A DNA stretch of 64,000 nt. Source: Macrostomum lignano (lineage: Eukaryota). The notes under the pieces were generated by a model. It saw only the letters and a list, made by a program, of their open reading frames with translations. It was not told the origin of the DNA and ran no database searches. Made by a program: the position numbers and the translations under genes. Location of the stretch: NCBI GenBank assembly GCA_002269645.1, contig NIVC01003206.1, positions 1-64,000 of the forward strand, given 5' to 3'. Below, in pieces: positions 12,401 through 25,100 of the stretch (position 1 is its first letter; every line of letters begins with the position of its first letter).

Positions 12401-14225
12401 AAGCCAGGGAAACTACAGGGGATCTTTGAGGTCAGGGAAGCTGCAGAGAATTGGGAAGCCAGGGAAACTACAGGGGATCTTTAAGGTCAGGGAAGCTGCA
12501 GAGAATTGGAAAGTCAGGGAAACTACAGGGGATCTTTAAGGTCAGGGAAGCTGCAGAGAATTGGGAAGCCAGGGAAACTACAGGGGATCTTTGAGGTCAG
12601 GGAAGCTGCAGAGAATTGGGAAGCCAGGGAAACTACAGGGGATCTTTGAGGTCAGGGAAGCTACAGAGAATTGGGAAGCCAGGGAAACTACAGGGGATCT
12701 TTGAGGTCAGGGAAGCTACAGAGAATTGGGAAGCCAGGGAAACTACAGGGGATCTTTGAGGTCAGGGAAGCTGCAGAGAATTGGGAAGCCAGGGAAACTA
12801 CAGGGGATCTTTAAAGTCAGGGAAGCTGCAGAGAATTGGGAAGCCAGGGAAACTACAGGGGATCTTTGAGGTCAGGGAAGCTGCAGAGAATTGGGAAGCC
12901 AGGGAAACTACAGGGGATCTTTGAGGTCAGGGAAGCTGCAGAGAATTGGGAAGCCAGGGAAACTACAGGGGATCTTTGAGGTCAGGGAAGCTGCAGAGAA
13001 TTGGGAAGCCAGGGAAACTACAGGGGATCTTTGAGGTCAGGGAAGCTGCAGAGAATTGGGAAGCCAGGGAAACTACAGGGGATCTTTAAGGTCAGGGAAG
13101 CTGCAGAGAATTGGGAAGCCAGGGAAACTACAGGGGATCTTTGAGGTCAGGGAAGCTACAGAGAATTGGGAAGCCAGGGAAACTACAGGGGATCTTTGAG
13201 GTCAGGGAAGCTGCAGAGAATTGGGAAGCCAGGGAAACTACAGGGGATCTTTGAGGTCAGGGAAGCTGCAGAGAATTGGGAAGCCAGGGAAACTACAGGG
13301 GATCTTTGAGGTCAGGGAAGCTACAGAGAATTGGGAAGCCAGGGAAACTACAGGGGATCTTTGAGGTCAGGGAAGCTACAGAGAATTGGGAAGCCAGGGA
13401 AACTACAGGGGATCTTTGAGGTCAGGGAAGCTGCAGAGAATTGGGAAGCCAGGGAAACTACAGGGGATCTTTAAAGTCAGGGAAGCTGCAGAGAATTGGG
13501 AAGCCAGGGAAACTACAGGGGATCTTTGAGGTCAGGGAAGCTGCAGAGAATTGGGAAGCCAGGGAAACTACAGGGGATCTTTGAGGTCAGGGAAGCTGCA
13601 GAGAATTGGGAAGCCAGGGAAACTACAGGGGATCTTTGAGGTCAGGGAAGCTGCAGAGAATTGGGAAGCCAGGGAAACTACAGGGGATCTTTGAGGTCAG
13701 GGAAGCTGCAGAGAATTGGGAAGCCAGGGAAACTACAGGGGATCTTTAAGGTCAGGGAAGCTGCAGAGAATTGGGAAGCCAGGGAAACTACAGGGGATCT
13801 TTGAGGTCAGGGAAGCTACAGAGAATTGGGAAGCCAGGGAAACTACAGGGGATCTTTGAGGTCAGGGAAGCTACAGAGAATTGGGAAGCCAGGGAAACTA
13901 CAGGGGATCTTTGAGGTCAGGGAAGCTGCAGAGAATTGGGAAGCCAGGGAAACTACAGGGGATCTTTGAGGTCAGGGAAGCTACAGAGAATTGGGAAGCC
14001 AGGGAAACTACAGGGGATCTTTAAGGTCAGGGATTAGGAAGAAGGCAGAACAGAGAGGGACACACCGTGAACCCTCGCATCTTCTACGAAGTCGCAGCAG
14101 ACGTGGCCGGCCACCGAGTCTCCCGGAGAGAACAGACCGGCTGCGTTGTCAAGGGCGACGTCAAGGCGACGTAGTCGAGCCGTGGCTGCCGTAGCTCCGG
14201 ACACAGGGGTGCCTGGGACGCCCAT
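6496..14225 (-). CDS. Alpha-arrestin (arrestin domain-containing protein), 6 exons: 14066-14225, 10024-10155, 8702-8955, 8060-8425, 6939-7053, 6496-6710; 413 aa
   Basis: Exons join in phase across GT-AG junctions (160+132+254+366+115+215=1242 nt). Arrestin_N: LDVALDNAAGLFSPGDSVAGHV, GCRIVFTGQAEVSW, FHQFRFHFQLPERLPSSFE, VAYCLRVDL. Arrestin_C: CCCCISKGRI…SGYVPGE…IEYVVQV…LSVPVVIGTVP. C-terminal RPVYRYY. Confidence 0.93.
7265..7437. repeat. ~29-bp minisatellite (GATGCCATGGCTTACGGGGGAGTTGCTGA), ~6 copies, in arrestin intron 4
   Basis: Direct inspection. Confidence 0.92.
9691..9999 (+). mobile_element. tRNA-derived SINE with CORE-like central domain (family A, copy 1), in arrestin intron 2
   Basis: tRNA-like head (TAACCTAGTGGTCAGAGC…GTTCGATTCC), central GTGTCCTTGAGCAAGACACTTAAC…CAGCTGTAAAATGGG resembling the MIR CORE, (TAT/TTA)n tail. 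Near-identical copy at 60727-61036. Confidence 0.85.
10489..11156. mobile_element. Non-autonomous TIR element with an internal 16-bp tandem array (AAACCCGAAATATCAT/C, 10497-11045)
   Basis: Left end GGGGGGCATCACAAAC; right end reverse-complements to GGGTCGCCATCACAAA; inverted copies of the 16-mer near the right end. Same terminus as the element at 27325. No TSD seen. Confidence 0.6.
12264..14031. repeat. 55-bp satellite array (~32 copies) in arrestin intron 1, with a 660-bp higher-order duplication
   Basis: Unit GGTCAGGGAAGCTGCAGAGAATTGGGAAGCCAGGGAAACTACAGGGGATCTTTGA; variant units recur 660 bp apart. Confidence 0.97.
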
Positions 14226-14783
14226 GGGAGGCGGCTGCTGCGGCTGCTGCTGTTGCTGAGCCAACTTGCCGTCAGCTCAAATCGAACTCTGTTCTTTAAA
14301 ACACCGCAGAGAAAGTGAACTCTGCCTTTTTTGAGACTTAATTCAAGGAGGAGGCGGAAATGCTATTGCTGTTTGAAAAACGTAGGAGCAACCGCAGAAG
14401 AGCTGATTAAGCTGCTCCAGGCTGAAATTCATTGGTCAAGGCGTTTTCAGGAGGGCGGAGGCGCCTCTGAGAGCCGGGATTCGCCATGCTGTTGTCGATC
14501 GATCAGGAGGGGAGAGAGAAGCTGCAGGAAAGAATATCAGTTTTGAGACCGACCGACACGGAGCTGCAAGTCGGTGTCCAACGTGACCTTCAATGCTATC
14601 AAAGTAGCCGTGAATTGCAGTGCGCGGTGTCTGTGTAAATGGATACATCTTGATAGGATTAATTGGGAAATATCTTTCCCATGCAATTTCACTTTTCGTG
14701 CATTAGTCGTATGTCTTTGAGCAGCATAATAATTTTATCTTTTGGTCTAAATCGCTATCTTGAGAACTATAGACATCCCAACC

Positions 14784-16730
14784 GAGAATTAGGCGTCTGA
14801 ATTGAATTAGGCGCGTCATCTGAGAATAAGGCGTCTGTATTGAATTAGGCGCGTCATCTGAGAATTAGGTGTCTGTATTGAATTAGGCGCGTCATCTGAG
14901 AATTAGGTGTCTGTATTGAATTAGGCGCGTCATCTGAGAATTAGGCGTCTGTATTGAATTAGGCACGTCATCTGAGAATTAGGTGTCTGTATTGAATTAG
15001 GCGCATCATCTGAGAATTAGGCGTCTGTATTGAATTAGGCACGTCATCTGAGAATTAGGCGTCTGTATTGAATTAGGCGCGTCATCTGAGAATTAGGTGT
15101 CTGTATTGAATTAGGCACGTCATCTGAGAATTAGGTGTCTGTATTGAATTAGGCGCGTCATCTGAGAATTAGGTGTCTGTATTGAATTAGGCGCGTCATC
15201 TGAGAATTAGGCGTCTGTATTGAATTAGGCACGTCATCTGAGAATTAGGTGTCTGTATTGAATTAGGCGCGTCATCTGAGAATTAGGCACGTCATTTGAG
15301 AATTAGGTGTCTGTATTGAATTAGGCGTGTCATCTGAGTATTAGGCGTGTCATCTGAGTATTAGGCGTGTCATCTGAGTATTAGGCGTGTCATCTGAGAA
15401 TTAGGCGTGTCATCTGAGAATTAGGCGTGTCATCTGAGAATTAGGCGTCTGTATTGAATTAGGCGCATCATCTGAGAATTAGGCGTCTGTATTGAATTAG
15501 GCGCGTCATCTGAGAATTAGGCACGTCATCTGAGAATTAGGTGTCTGTATTGAATTAGGCGCATCATCTGAGAATTAGGCGTCTGTATTGAATTAGGCGC
15601 GTCATCTGAGAATTAGGTGTCTGTATTGAATTAGGCACGTCATCTGAGAATTAGGTGTCTGTATTGAATTAGGCGCGTCATCTGAGAATTAGGTGTCTGT
15701 ATTGAATTAGGCGCATCATCTGAGAATTAGGCGTCTGTATTGAATTAGGCGCGTCATCTGAGAATTAGGCACGTCATCTGAGAATTAGGTGTCTGTATTG
15801 AATTAGGCGCATCATCTGAGAATTAGGCGTCTGTATTGAATTAGGCGCGTCATCTGAGAATTAGGTGTCTGTATTGAATTAGGCACGTCATCTGAGAATT
15901 AGGTGTCTGTATTGAATTAGGCGCGTCATCTGAGAATTAGGTGTCTGTATTGAATTAGGCGCGTCATCTGAGAATTAGGCGTCTGTATTGAATTAGGCAC
16001 GTCATCTGAGAATTAGGTGTCTGTATTGAATTAGGCGCGTCATCTGAGAATTAGGCACGTCATTTGAGAATTAGGTGTCTGTATTGAATTAGGCGTGTCA
16101 TCTGAGTATTAGGCGTGTCATCTGAGTATTAGGCGTGTCATCTGAGTATTAGGCGTGTCATCTGAGAATTAGGCGTGTCATCTGAGAATTGGGCACGTCA
16201 TCTGAGAATTAGTCATCTCTATTGAATTAGGCGCGTCATCTGAGAATTAGGTGTCTGTATTGAATTAGGCACGTCATCTGAGAATTAGGTGTCTGTATTG
16301 AATTAGGCGCGTCATCTGAGAATTAGGTGTCTGTATTGAATTAGGCGCGTCATCTGAGAATTAGGCGTCTGTATTGAATTAGGCACGTCATCTGAGAATT
16401 AGGTGTCTGTATTGAATTAGGCGCGTCATCTGAGAATTAGGTGTCTGTATTGAATTAGGCGCGTCATCTGAGAATTAGGCGTCTGTATTGAATTAGGCAC
16501 GTCATCTGAGAATTAGGTGTCTGTATTGAATTAGGCGCGTCATCTGAGAATTAGGCACGTCATTTGAGAATTAGGTGTCTGTATTGAATTAGGCGTGTCA
16601 TCTGAGTATTAGGCGTGTCATCTGAGAATTAGGCGTGTCATCTGAGAATTGGGCACGTCATCTGAGAATTGGGCACGTCATCTGAGAATTAGTCATCTCT
16701 ATTGAATTAGGCACGTCATCTGAGAATTAA
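14784..16730. repeat. Composite 38-bp satellite made of alternating 20-bp (GAATTAGGCGCGTCATCTGA) and 18-bp (GAATTAGGTGTCTGTATT) subunits
   Basis: Direct inspection; runs of the 20-bp subunit alone occur at ~15320-15440 and ~16090-16200. Confidence 0.96.
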
Positions 16731-17301
16731 CAATTAGGCTACGACCCAGACACTTCAAATAGGGCGTCGATTGCACCTCAGTCAAATACTTGCAGAATGA
16801 GGCCCCTCATATAAAACGAATCAGTGGTCTAAACTCAGTAGACGCTCATTTTTAGTACCTTTTATTGATTTAATAAATTTGATTGAGCTTCAAATACCTT
16901 CAACGGGGTATTCGGGTGCCAGAGCATTCGTATTGAAATCGTAAGAAGAAGATTAAAAATTGAAACAGAGAGTCACTCCCAACAGTAGGGAATAATTGTA
17001 TGTATCAAATGAATAGACTTTGTGCTCAGTGCAGACAGAGTAGTATGCATGCTGTGTCTTGGGGTAAAGAAATGGCCTCCATGCCAATCGCAGCAATTTT
17101 ATTCTTGGTACAGTTGAAAGAAATGAATTCGGAACTTTTCGCATTTTTCTGTTAGGCTTCAAGGCAATTAACTGTTTACGGCAAAATAATTTAACGCCGT
17201 TTTTTCCTATTCAGTCAATACTACTAATAGTAGAGTGAATCGCTTTTAGCTGGGATTAAACTGATGTCGCTAATTCCCGGGATGCCAGCATGGAATACTT
17301 C

Positions 17302-17492
<191 letters not shown>

Positions 17493-19112
17493 GGATATCT
17501 TCATTCAGCCAGTCGCTCAATCGATAACAGTGTATTTTCGCTCTCGTCAATCATCTTGAGGATTGGCTGGAGTTTGCAAAACTTCTAACAGGCAGCTCAC
17601 ACAATATTAGTTGGCTTCTATGTTGGCAAAAATTTTCTAGTTGCCTACCATAAAGTTTAGGTTTCAATCTTCGCATACACGTAGATACGTACACTAGGGA
17701 GACAGAGAAAACTGAACTTTTAGTTGTCCATGAATTCGACAAGCAGCCATGAGGTCTAGCCCTCATTGGAAGTGAGCATACCTACTGAGCCGCTGTACAG
17801 TCTAATGCCTTGCCTCCATGAATCGACTGGGAAATGCTATTCTAAATTTTACTGTGTAGACTCTCTACCCGGCTCAAATAATTGCTGATTGCTCAGCTAC
17901 CGAGTCCTGCTTCTTCTAGTGCGCTGGGTGGGTGGCTGGTTAGATCCGGCAGGGAGACGGGGAGGGGATAGACGATTTGGGAACGAAGCAGCTGCCGGAG
18001 TGTCAGGTGATTTCAGGACAAAAAGCTTTTTCAGTTTCCAGCCTGTCGCCAGCTAAAACCCACTGCAGGCTTTTATCAATTTGCCAGAGGCCGAGAGGGA
18101 GCTGCAATGCCGTTTGAAAGCTGGCTGTGTAGCCCGGATATGAAACAGACGATTGCTCCAGTGTAGAAACGTGCGAAAAATCCCATTGAAAATAATGAAT
18201 GTTGAGAGAGACAGGGCGCTGCTGTCAACATTTCACTGAGTGCATGGATGAATTTTCCCGAAGCAAAACAGGAGGCGTCAGCTGCAGCGGGTGGGTGTTT
18301 TTCCCCAGCCAAATCTGCAACACAGTCGCCGATTTTGGGGAAAAAATTAAATTTCGCCAATAAAAGAAGTTTGAGTACCCGCTTACCTGTTTTGGCTTCA
18401 TTTTGAGTTTACAGCCTGGGCAAAATTACATTTCCGCTGGGTCCCCTGCTTACCAGCAAAAAAATAGAGAATCCATTTCACGGATTTTTTACGAGGGAGA
18501 CGACATCTCAGTGACATCTCAGTTAAAGGGAAAACAGCCAGACAGGCAACTTTCAGGAAGTCAAAAAAGTCTGGCTAACTACTGCATGAAACTCGCAAAC
18601 TCCCGTCCCAGTTCCGAAAGCAGTTTGTTTCACAGAAAAGACAATTTTTTTTGCAATCTATTCCCACAGATCATCGCTCAGGGCAAATACAGGACCTCTT
18701 CCTCGCTTGCTTGAGAGTAGAGAGCGCTCGGTTTCTGTCTCAGCTTCCTTTGGTGCCTAGCAACATCGAAAGCAGAACTGCGGGGCGATGTTAGGGGTGG
18801 GAGAGGATCCGTTGCAGGCCAAAATTTGACTCTGAGCAAACAATGCCACCCCGGAGCTGAATGGATTGCAGTTTCAGACTCGCAGTCTCATCTCCGCTTT
18901 CGCTAAGAGCTGATGGAGGCCAGAATCGCCGTGTTGGAACCGCCCCAAACCCTGGCCTATAGGCGACGGTGCGCTGAAAGCTTTAAAAAGCGGATCGCAG
19001 GCGACGCACCTCGCTTTTCGCTTCCCAACTCACCTGAAAAGCTTAGCTGGCCTACCAGTTGACATAAAACTTTTGCTGTCGATTGTCCAAATTGTCTAAA
19101 TTCGATCAGGCA

Positions 19113-22100
19113 ATGTCGCAGCCAGGGGCATTGCTGCTGCTGCTGCTTCTCGCCTCGGCCTCGGTTGTCTACGTGGCTGAAGGTAGTTGCAGTCAGACCG
19201 TCTGTCCTAGCAACACCGACTGGTGCCACCGGTTCCACCTGGTCTCCACGACACCTGCCGGCTGTAGCACGCCGCCTACAGCTTGCCAGTTCCTCAACCT
19301 GACCACGCTTCAGCTCTATCGGAGCCACATCAACGAGCTAATGACGTCCGAAAGCGGGTTGGTGACTTCCACTCACTGCTCTTAGAGTCTAGACTAGCCC
19401 TCGAAAGATTTTGGGGTCCATTGGACCCCAACGGTATCTTTAGTTAGAACAAAATCATACTAAATGTTATGTTAAAACAACCAGATGTTAGGATAATTAT
19501 TTTTTTGAAGGTATTCAACCGTATAAGCCTCGTAGTTCTTATTTTTTATAAGCCGAGTTCACCAAGAGAACTTATTATATTGTGGGTTCTTGGGGTCCAG
19601 TTGACCCCGTAACAAATTTTCTATATTTATATAGTTGAAACACATAAGGTCGGTTGGGGCGGTGCAATATTTTCTAAACTTTCTAATATTTTCTATTTCT
19701 AGAATATTCCATATATAGCTGATGGGTATATATACTGTCCGTCAAAAGTTCCGGAACCCTTGCTACGATGTCTTCTAGTGGACATAATTTCAGTCCGTTT
19801 CAATTGTAACTTGATTCAAATGAAAGCTGCGGATCTCAGCTCCATGATGTGGTCAAGAAAAAGTTTATTCGAAGGAGCGCGTGTGAACAGGCCAGTGTTA
19901 TGTACATAAAGGTTAGAGAAAAAAAGTGAGGAAAAGACAAACAAGCAATTGTCTATGGTTGCTGAGTCTATGGAGCAAACACACATGGGAAGGAATCGGT
20001 TTGCGCGCAGTGTTCAGCCTGGCTAACATTAGTCTATGGCCAAAACTGTAAGCTGTAAGCTGCGAAGCTGTAATTCGTGCACAGGGCGGCGCGACTCGCT
20101 ATTGAGAATTACTCTTCCGTTTAAATTCAGGACGCCATCTGTTTTTGTGTGCCGGCAGCAAGTGTGTAAATAGCCCTGTGTGTTTGCTCCATAGACTCAG
20201 CAACCATAGACAATTGCTTGTTTGTCTTTTCCTCACTTTTTTTCTCTAACTTTTATGTACATAACACTGGCCTGTTCACACGCGCTCCTTCGAATAAACT
20301 TTTTCTTGACCACATCATGGAGCTGAGATCCGCAGCTTTTATTTGAATCAAGTTACAATTGAAACGGACTGAAATTGTCCGCTAGAAGACATCGTAGCAA
20401 GGGTTCCGGAACTTTTGACGGACAGTATATATAAGGAGCACTTCTTGCCCTAATCTTGTGAAAATAGCTACTCTACAACAAAATATTTCCAGCTGATTCA
20501 TTGAGAAAACTACTATACCAAGCATTTACTCAGCAAGTATTTGCGAAAATTTGCAAAATGGCTTCTTCTAGACCGATGATCGTAAGAGCTGCTAAGTCTA
20601 GAGCTCTTGAAGTGATTGTGAACCAACCAGTTGCTCACCCAGAAGCCCATATTGACGCTGAAGTATCGGACGAAGACGCGGCTCTTTCGGATATTGCTGA
20701 AGCCGAACAAGATATTGATTTGCCCGATGTTGAAGACGCATCTATAGTGATTCATTAAGGCCAGCATCACCTGTTGCTGCCGCAGCTGCTGCTGGTGATG
20801 TAGAAAGAGGTTATCACAGTCCTAGTGGTCAAGTATGGCACCATGAAACTTCACGTCCTGGACAGAAGCCAGCCTGTAACATCTTGCGCAATAGACCTGG
20901 AATCACAGCTTACGCTGCAGCCGCATTCACGATGAAGAGTCGGCTTTCCACGTCATCTTTGACAATGACATGGTTGACACAATTGTGATAGAGACCAACC
21001 GCGAAGCTAGGAGACTTCTTCGAAATGCTTGGAATCCAACTACCAGAGAGGAAATCAATGCCTTCATTGGCCTAAACATTCTTCGCGGAGTATTCAAAGG
21101 AAGCATGGAGAGCATCGATGAGCTCTGGAGTGAGGAATTCGGAAGAAGGGTTTTCAAGAACTCCATGTCTTTGACGCGCTTCAAGACTAATTCGCCAATT
21201 TCTGCGATTTGACAACCGCGAAACTCGAAATGCGCGACTGCAAAGAGCTAGATAAGCTTGCCGCTGTGAGGTTGCTGCTTGACGGACTTGTCCAGAACTC
21301 ACAGAAGAGTTACTTTCCTAATGAAGCTGTTACTGTAGACGAACAGCTGTTTCCCTATAGAGGAAGATGCAGCTACATGTACAAAATTAGTACTAATCAG
21401 TACTCTCAGCTTCATTGCCTAATTTCATTTAGAAAGTACAAGAATCAGTTGCTATGATCTTGATAATATGCGACTAATGTATTACGTTCGCCATTGTATT
21501 GGTAGTTTCTTTGCTTTGAACAATAAATAATCAATAAAGCATTGTTAACATGCATAAACTCAGAGGGGTCCATTGGACCCCAAATATAATAAAACGACAA
21601 TTGTTTTCCGTAACGTTCAAGGCTAGAAGATAATAAAGTATCGAAAAATGTCAAAATATCTTTCTTTTTTGTTTTCAGATCTTTCTGGGTCGGAGCCACG
21701 TCCGCACCGAGCCCTGCGACACTCGGCGCCTGCTGGTCGCACAGCCTGAGCCAAGTTGCTTCGATTCCAGTCACTGGCGGCGCTACCGGCACGCTTGTGA
21801 CGGTGAAGCGGGGCACAAGCGGAGAAGTGACGTACTCGTTCGCCAACCACGGAGATTCCAACAATGCGATCTGCGAAGTCCCCATCGAGAAGAGTAACGC
21901 TATTACCACTGGCGATAGTAAGTACTGAAGTCTAATCAAGGCCATAGCTGTGTCAGTTTTAAACAAATTCCTATTGATACAGTTGCTTTAGATAGCTTCA
22001 AACGCAAGCCAATTCACAAGCTATCTGCTTCACAGCCAAACTTCACAGCAGAATCGAGAAAAAAGAACCAAAACGTTTACCTTCAGAAAACAGAAAGACA

Positions 22101-25100
22101 ATACTGACAAGAATTGTTTACCAACTATTTCTGATCATCGTAAACCGATTAGTTATCTCATACAGGAGAGTTGTTTTAACGCTTTTCACAGAGCTCTGCT
22201 ACGCGGAAGTCAACAAGTGCTTCTTCCTAAATGTGACCCCCGCTCCCATGAGCACGCACTTCACGAACTGCGGAGGAATCACCATGGCGAAGGTCGCCAC
22301 CGCAGTCAACGCTACGGAGGAAGCGGCGCTGCTGTAAGCTCATCTGATGTTTAAACACACTTTTTAAGCTACTCTCTACCAGTGACGGATACAGACAGAT
22401 AGAATTCAGACTGATCTAGCTGGTCCTCGCATCAGATACAAGTTTTCCTCAGCAATATATTCGTGTGCACATGGATAGTCCATATAAAAAACTAATACAA
22501 ACTTCAAGCACTTTTTCACTGAAACCCTAAAAGTTTAGTTTTTAAACTCTGTCATTGTCTCAAGGAAGGCCTTTCCTCTTCCTCTTATGGTCCAGATTTA
22601 GCTCCATCGATAGTAATTATTGTTTCGCAGTTACGTCCGTTAAAATGTCATGCCAATGTTACACTCGATCGCAGAGACTATTTTAACTATCTGCCGAAGT
22701 CCGACACTACCAATTACTTTATCAACGCTGCCGTCTGTTCTCTGCCTTACACCTTCAACTCGACTGGAGAAGTACTTCCCATGACGGAGTCTTGGAGTTA
22801 CGCTCCAACAACGAAAATCAGAGACTTGAGTCAGCTCGCCTGCGCCATGATCAACGCTAGTAATGCCTTGAACTGGGAGCAGTGCCCCGCTAGCCCAACA
22901 AGCTACATCTGCTACGAAGAAATCCGTGAGTAACGCCAGTCTTGAAACTGACTACACGTTTTTACTTCCCCAGTAACTGATACAACTGAGCTCGGTGCAA
23001 TTTCAGCTCCAGCCGTGAGCGACCAGATATGTCAGAACGACTACTGCCACAGCTTCTGGCCCATGGCTCCAAACCCAGGCATCTCGTACGAAAAGGCCAA
23101 GCAGAAGTGCAACTCGTCAATGCCGATGCGAAACGGCTTGTTGGAGCTGCTGAGCGAGAGCTCGCTGCTTCCGTTCCGAGTTGTGAACGCCTCAAGGTGA
23201 GTACAGGCGTTATTTAAATGCCTCCATGGATAGAAAGTTCCATGGATATTTTATTATAAGTTCACTCTCATTTCAGCACGTCAAAGTATTTCACTGGAAT
23301 TAAGAAGTCAGCTTTGAGCGCCCGACAGTTCATGTGGAATGCAAGCACATTTTCGAGTTTAAGTGTCACTAGCGGAGATTCTGATGACGCCATGCACTGC
23401 ATAATCGCCACAAAAGAATCAGGATCTGGAGCAGTATCATACAGCGTCGCTGACTGCAATGTCCAACAATCCACTAAAGTAGCATGTGGAAGCCCCGCGA
23501 CTTTCGAAGCAGCGACTTCTGCCGCCAGGACATTCAAGGAAGCTGCAGCTGTGTGCAAAGGTGTTTCGAAAGAGCTACCATTCAGTGAAACAGATGTCAC
23601 GACTGTGCTTGCTAGTGGCGACTCGATCTGGGTGAACGCGTTTGAGTACCAGCCTTGGAACTGGTCGGACGGACAGTCCATATTCAATGAGAAAAGTCCG
23701 ATCGGCGACGCCCTCGCAGTGCAGCTGCTTCAATCACCGAACGTGCGCTATAACCAAGAGCAATGCGCATATATTCAAGTGGACTCGACGAACAATGTCG
23801 CTACTCTATCTCTGGTTATCGATAGCTGCAACATGAATGAATCAGTAGTCTGTCAGTTCAGTAAGTACCTGATGACCATGCTTTGTGCGAAAGTGATTGT
23901 ATCAGTAAATTTACACTGTTTTCTGAATTACTTTGCAGACTCTACAAAGTGCAGCGGAGTTCCGAGATACGATTACGGCTACATCAGTGGAACAGTGAGT
24001 AACAACCAGACTGATTCCTCATTCAGCGTCGATGTTCTGAACGGAAGCTGCCCGATGGATTTGGGCACGGAGTTCGCCACACAGTCGGCCGTATTCTTTT
24101 CTTGCATCAACTACAACACTACATACGTGGGAAACGAGACTACTATGGTGCAGTCGCAGTGCTCTATGAGCGGTCACGGACCTGATTGGTCTCCAATAAT
24201 GAACTCGAACCTGTGCGTGAGCAACTTCTGTGACACGAGACAAGTAGTGGATTACTCATATCCGAACAACATTGTTTACCTGAACGCTTCTGCTGCGGAT
24301 GGTTCTTCTCTCGGCAACGATAAGCCGTACATCGAGAACGGCACAAAGATGACTCTATCCTGCAAGCCTGGAGCAAGGCTGGTCAAAGTCGATGACAACT
24401 TTGAAAAGGGCAACGCCATCTCTAACGAAGTCACGTGTCTTCAGTCGAGCTGGACTTACTCGGTTGCAAGCTTTTCCAACAGCACCACTATTCAGGTGTG
24501 CGACAAGACGACATCCGACACTAAGCTGCTCAAATGTGAGCCAATCAGGTGCAACACGAGCGACTTCAAGTACCTGAAGTCGATTGACGATCGCATCGGA
24601 AAGCTTTTCCTAGACCAGAACGAAATGCTGACGGTAAATTGTACAACAAACGCTAGTGCAGTGTTCAACCTCCACCCCAGCCTAAACATTAAGTGCATTC
24701 TCACCGGAGACTACACCTATGGCTACGCCATTTCCAATGTGTTTATGGGCACAAATGTAACCCAAATTTGGGACAACAGCAACCTCACTCTACTCGACGA
24801 GACCATTGACACTGTGTGTCGGTCCACTGAATTTCTGGCTTGTCCGCGAAACCACACTTGGTTGTCTGAATCGGCTCTCGAGATCACGTCTCTGAGCACA
24901 AGCTGGCCTGGGTACACTTCGAGCAGCTCAGCTTTTCCTCCGAACTCTACCTTGACACTTCGCTGCATCGAGCCGCGAGTCAGCGATCGCCTGTGGACAA
25001 GCATTGGAGAAACGAGCACGATGTGGTGTCCAATGACCAAAGCCGACGCGAGTCTTCAATGGGAAGGTCCGAGTCTCAGTTGCAACTATGAGACTTGTCC

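Noticed and set aside
23861-23938. KYLMTMLCAKVIVSVNLHCFLNYFA as a hydrophobic coding segment (also 32299-32376)
   Set aside because: Bounded by GTAAGT and TTTGCAG, 78 nt, AT-rich: an in-frame stop-free intron read through by the ORF caller.
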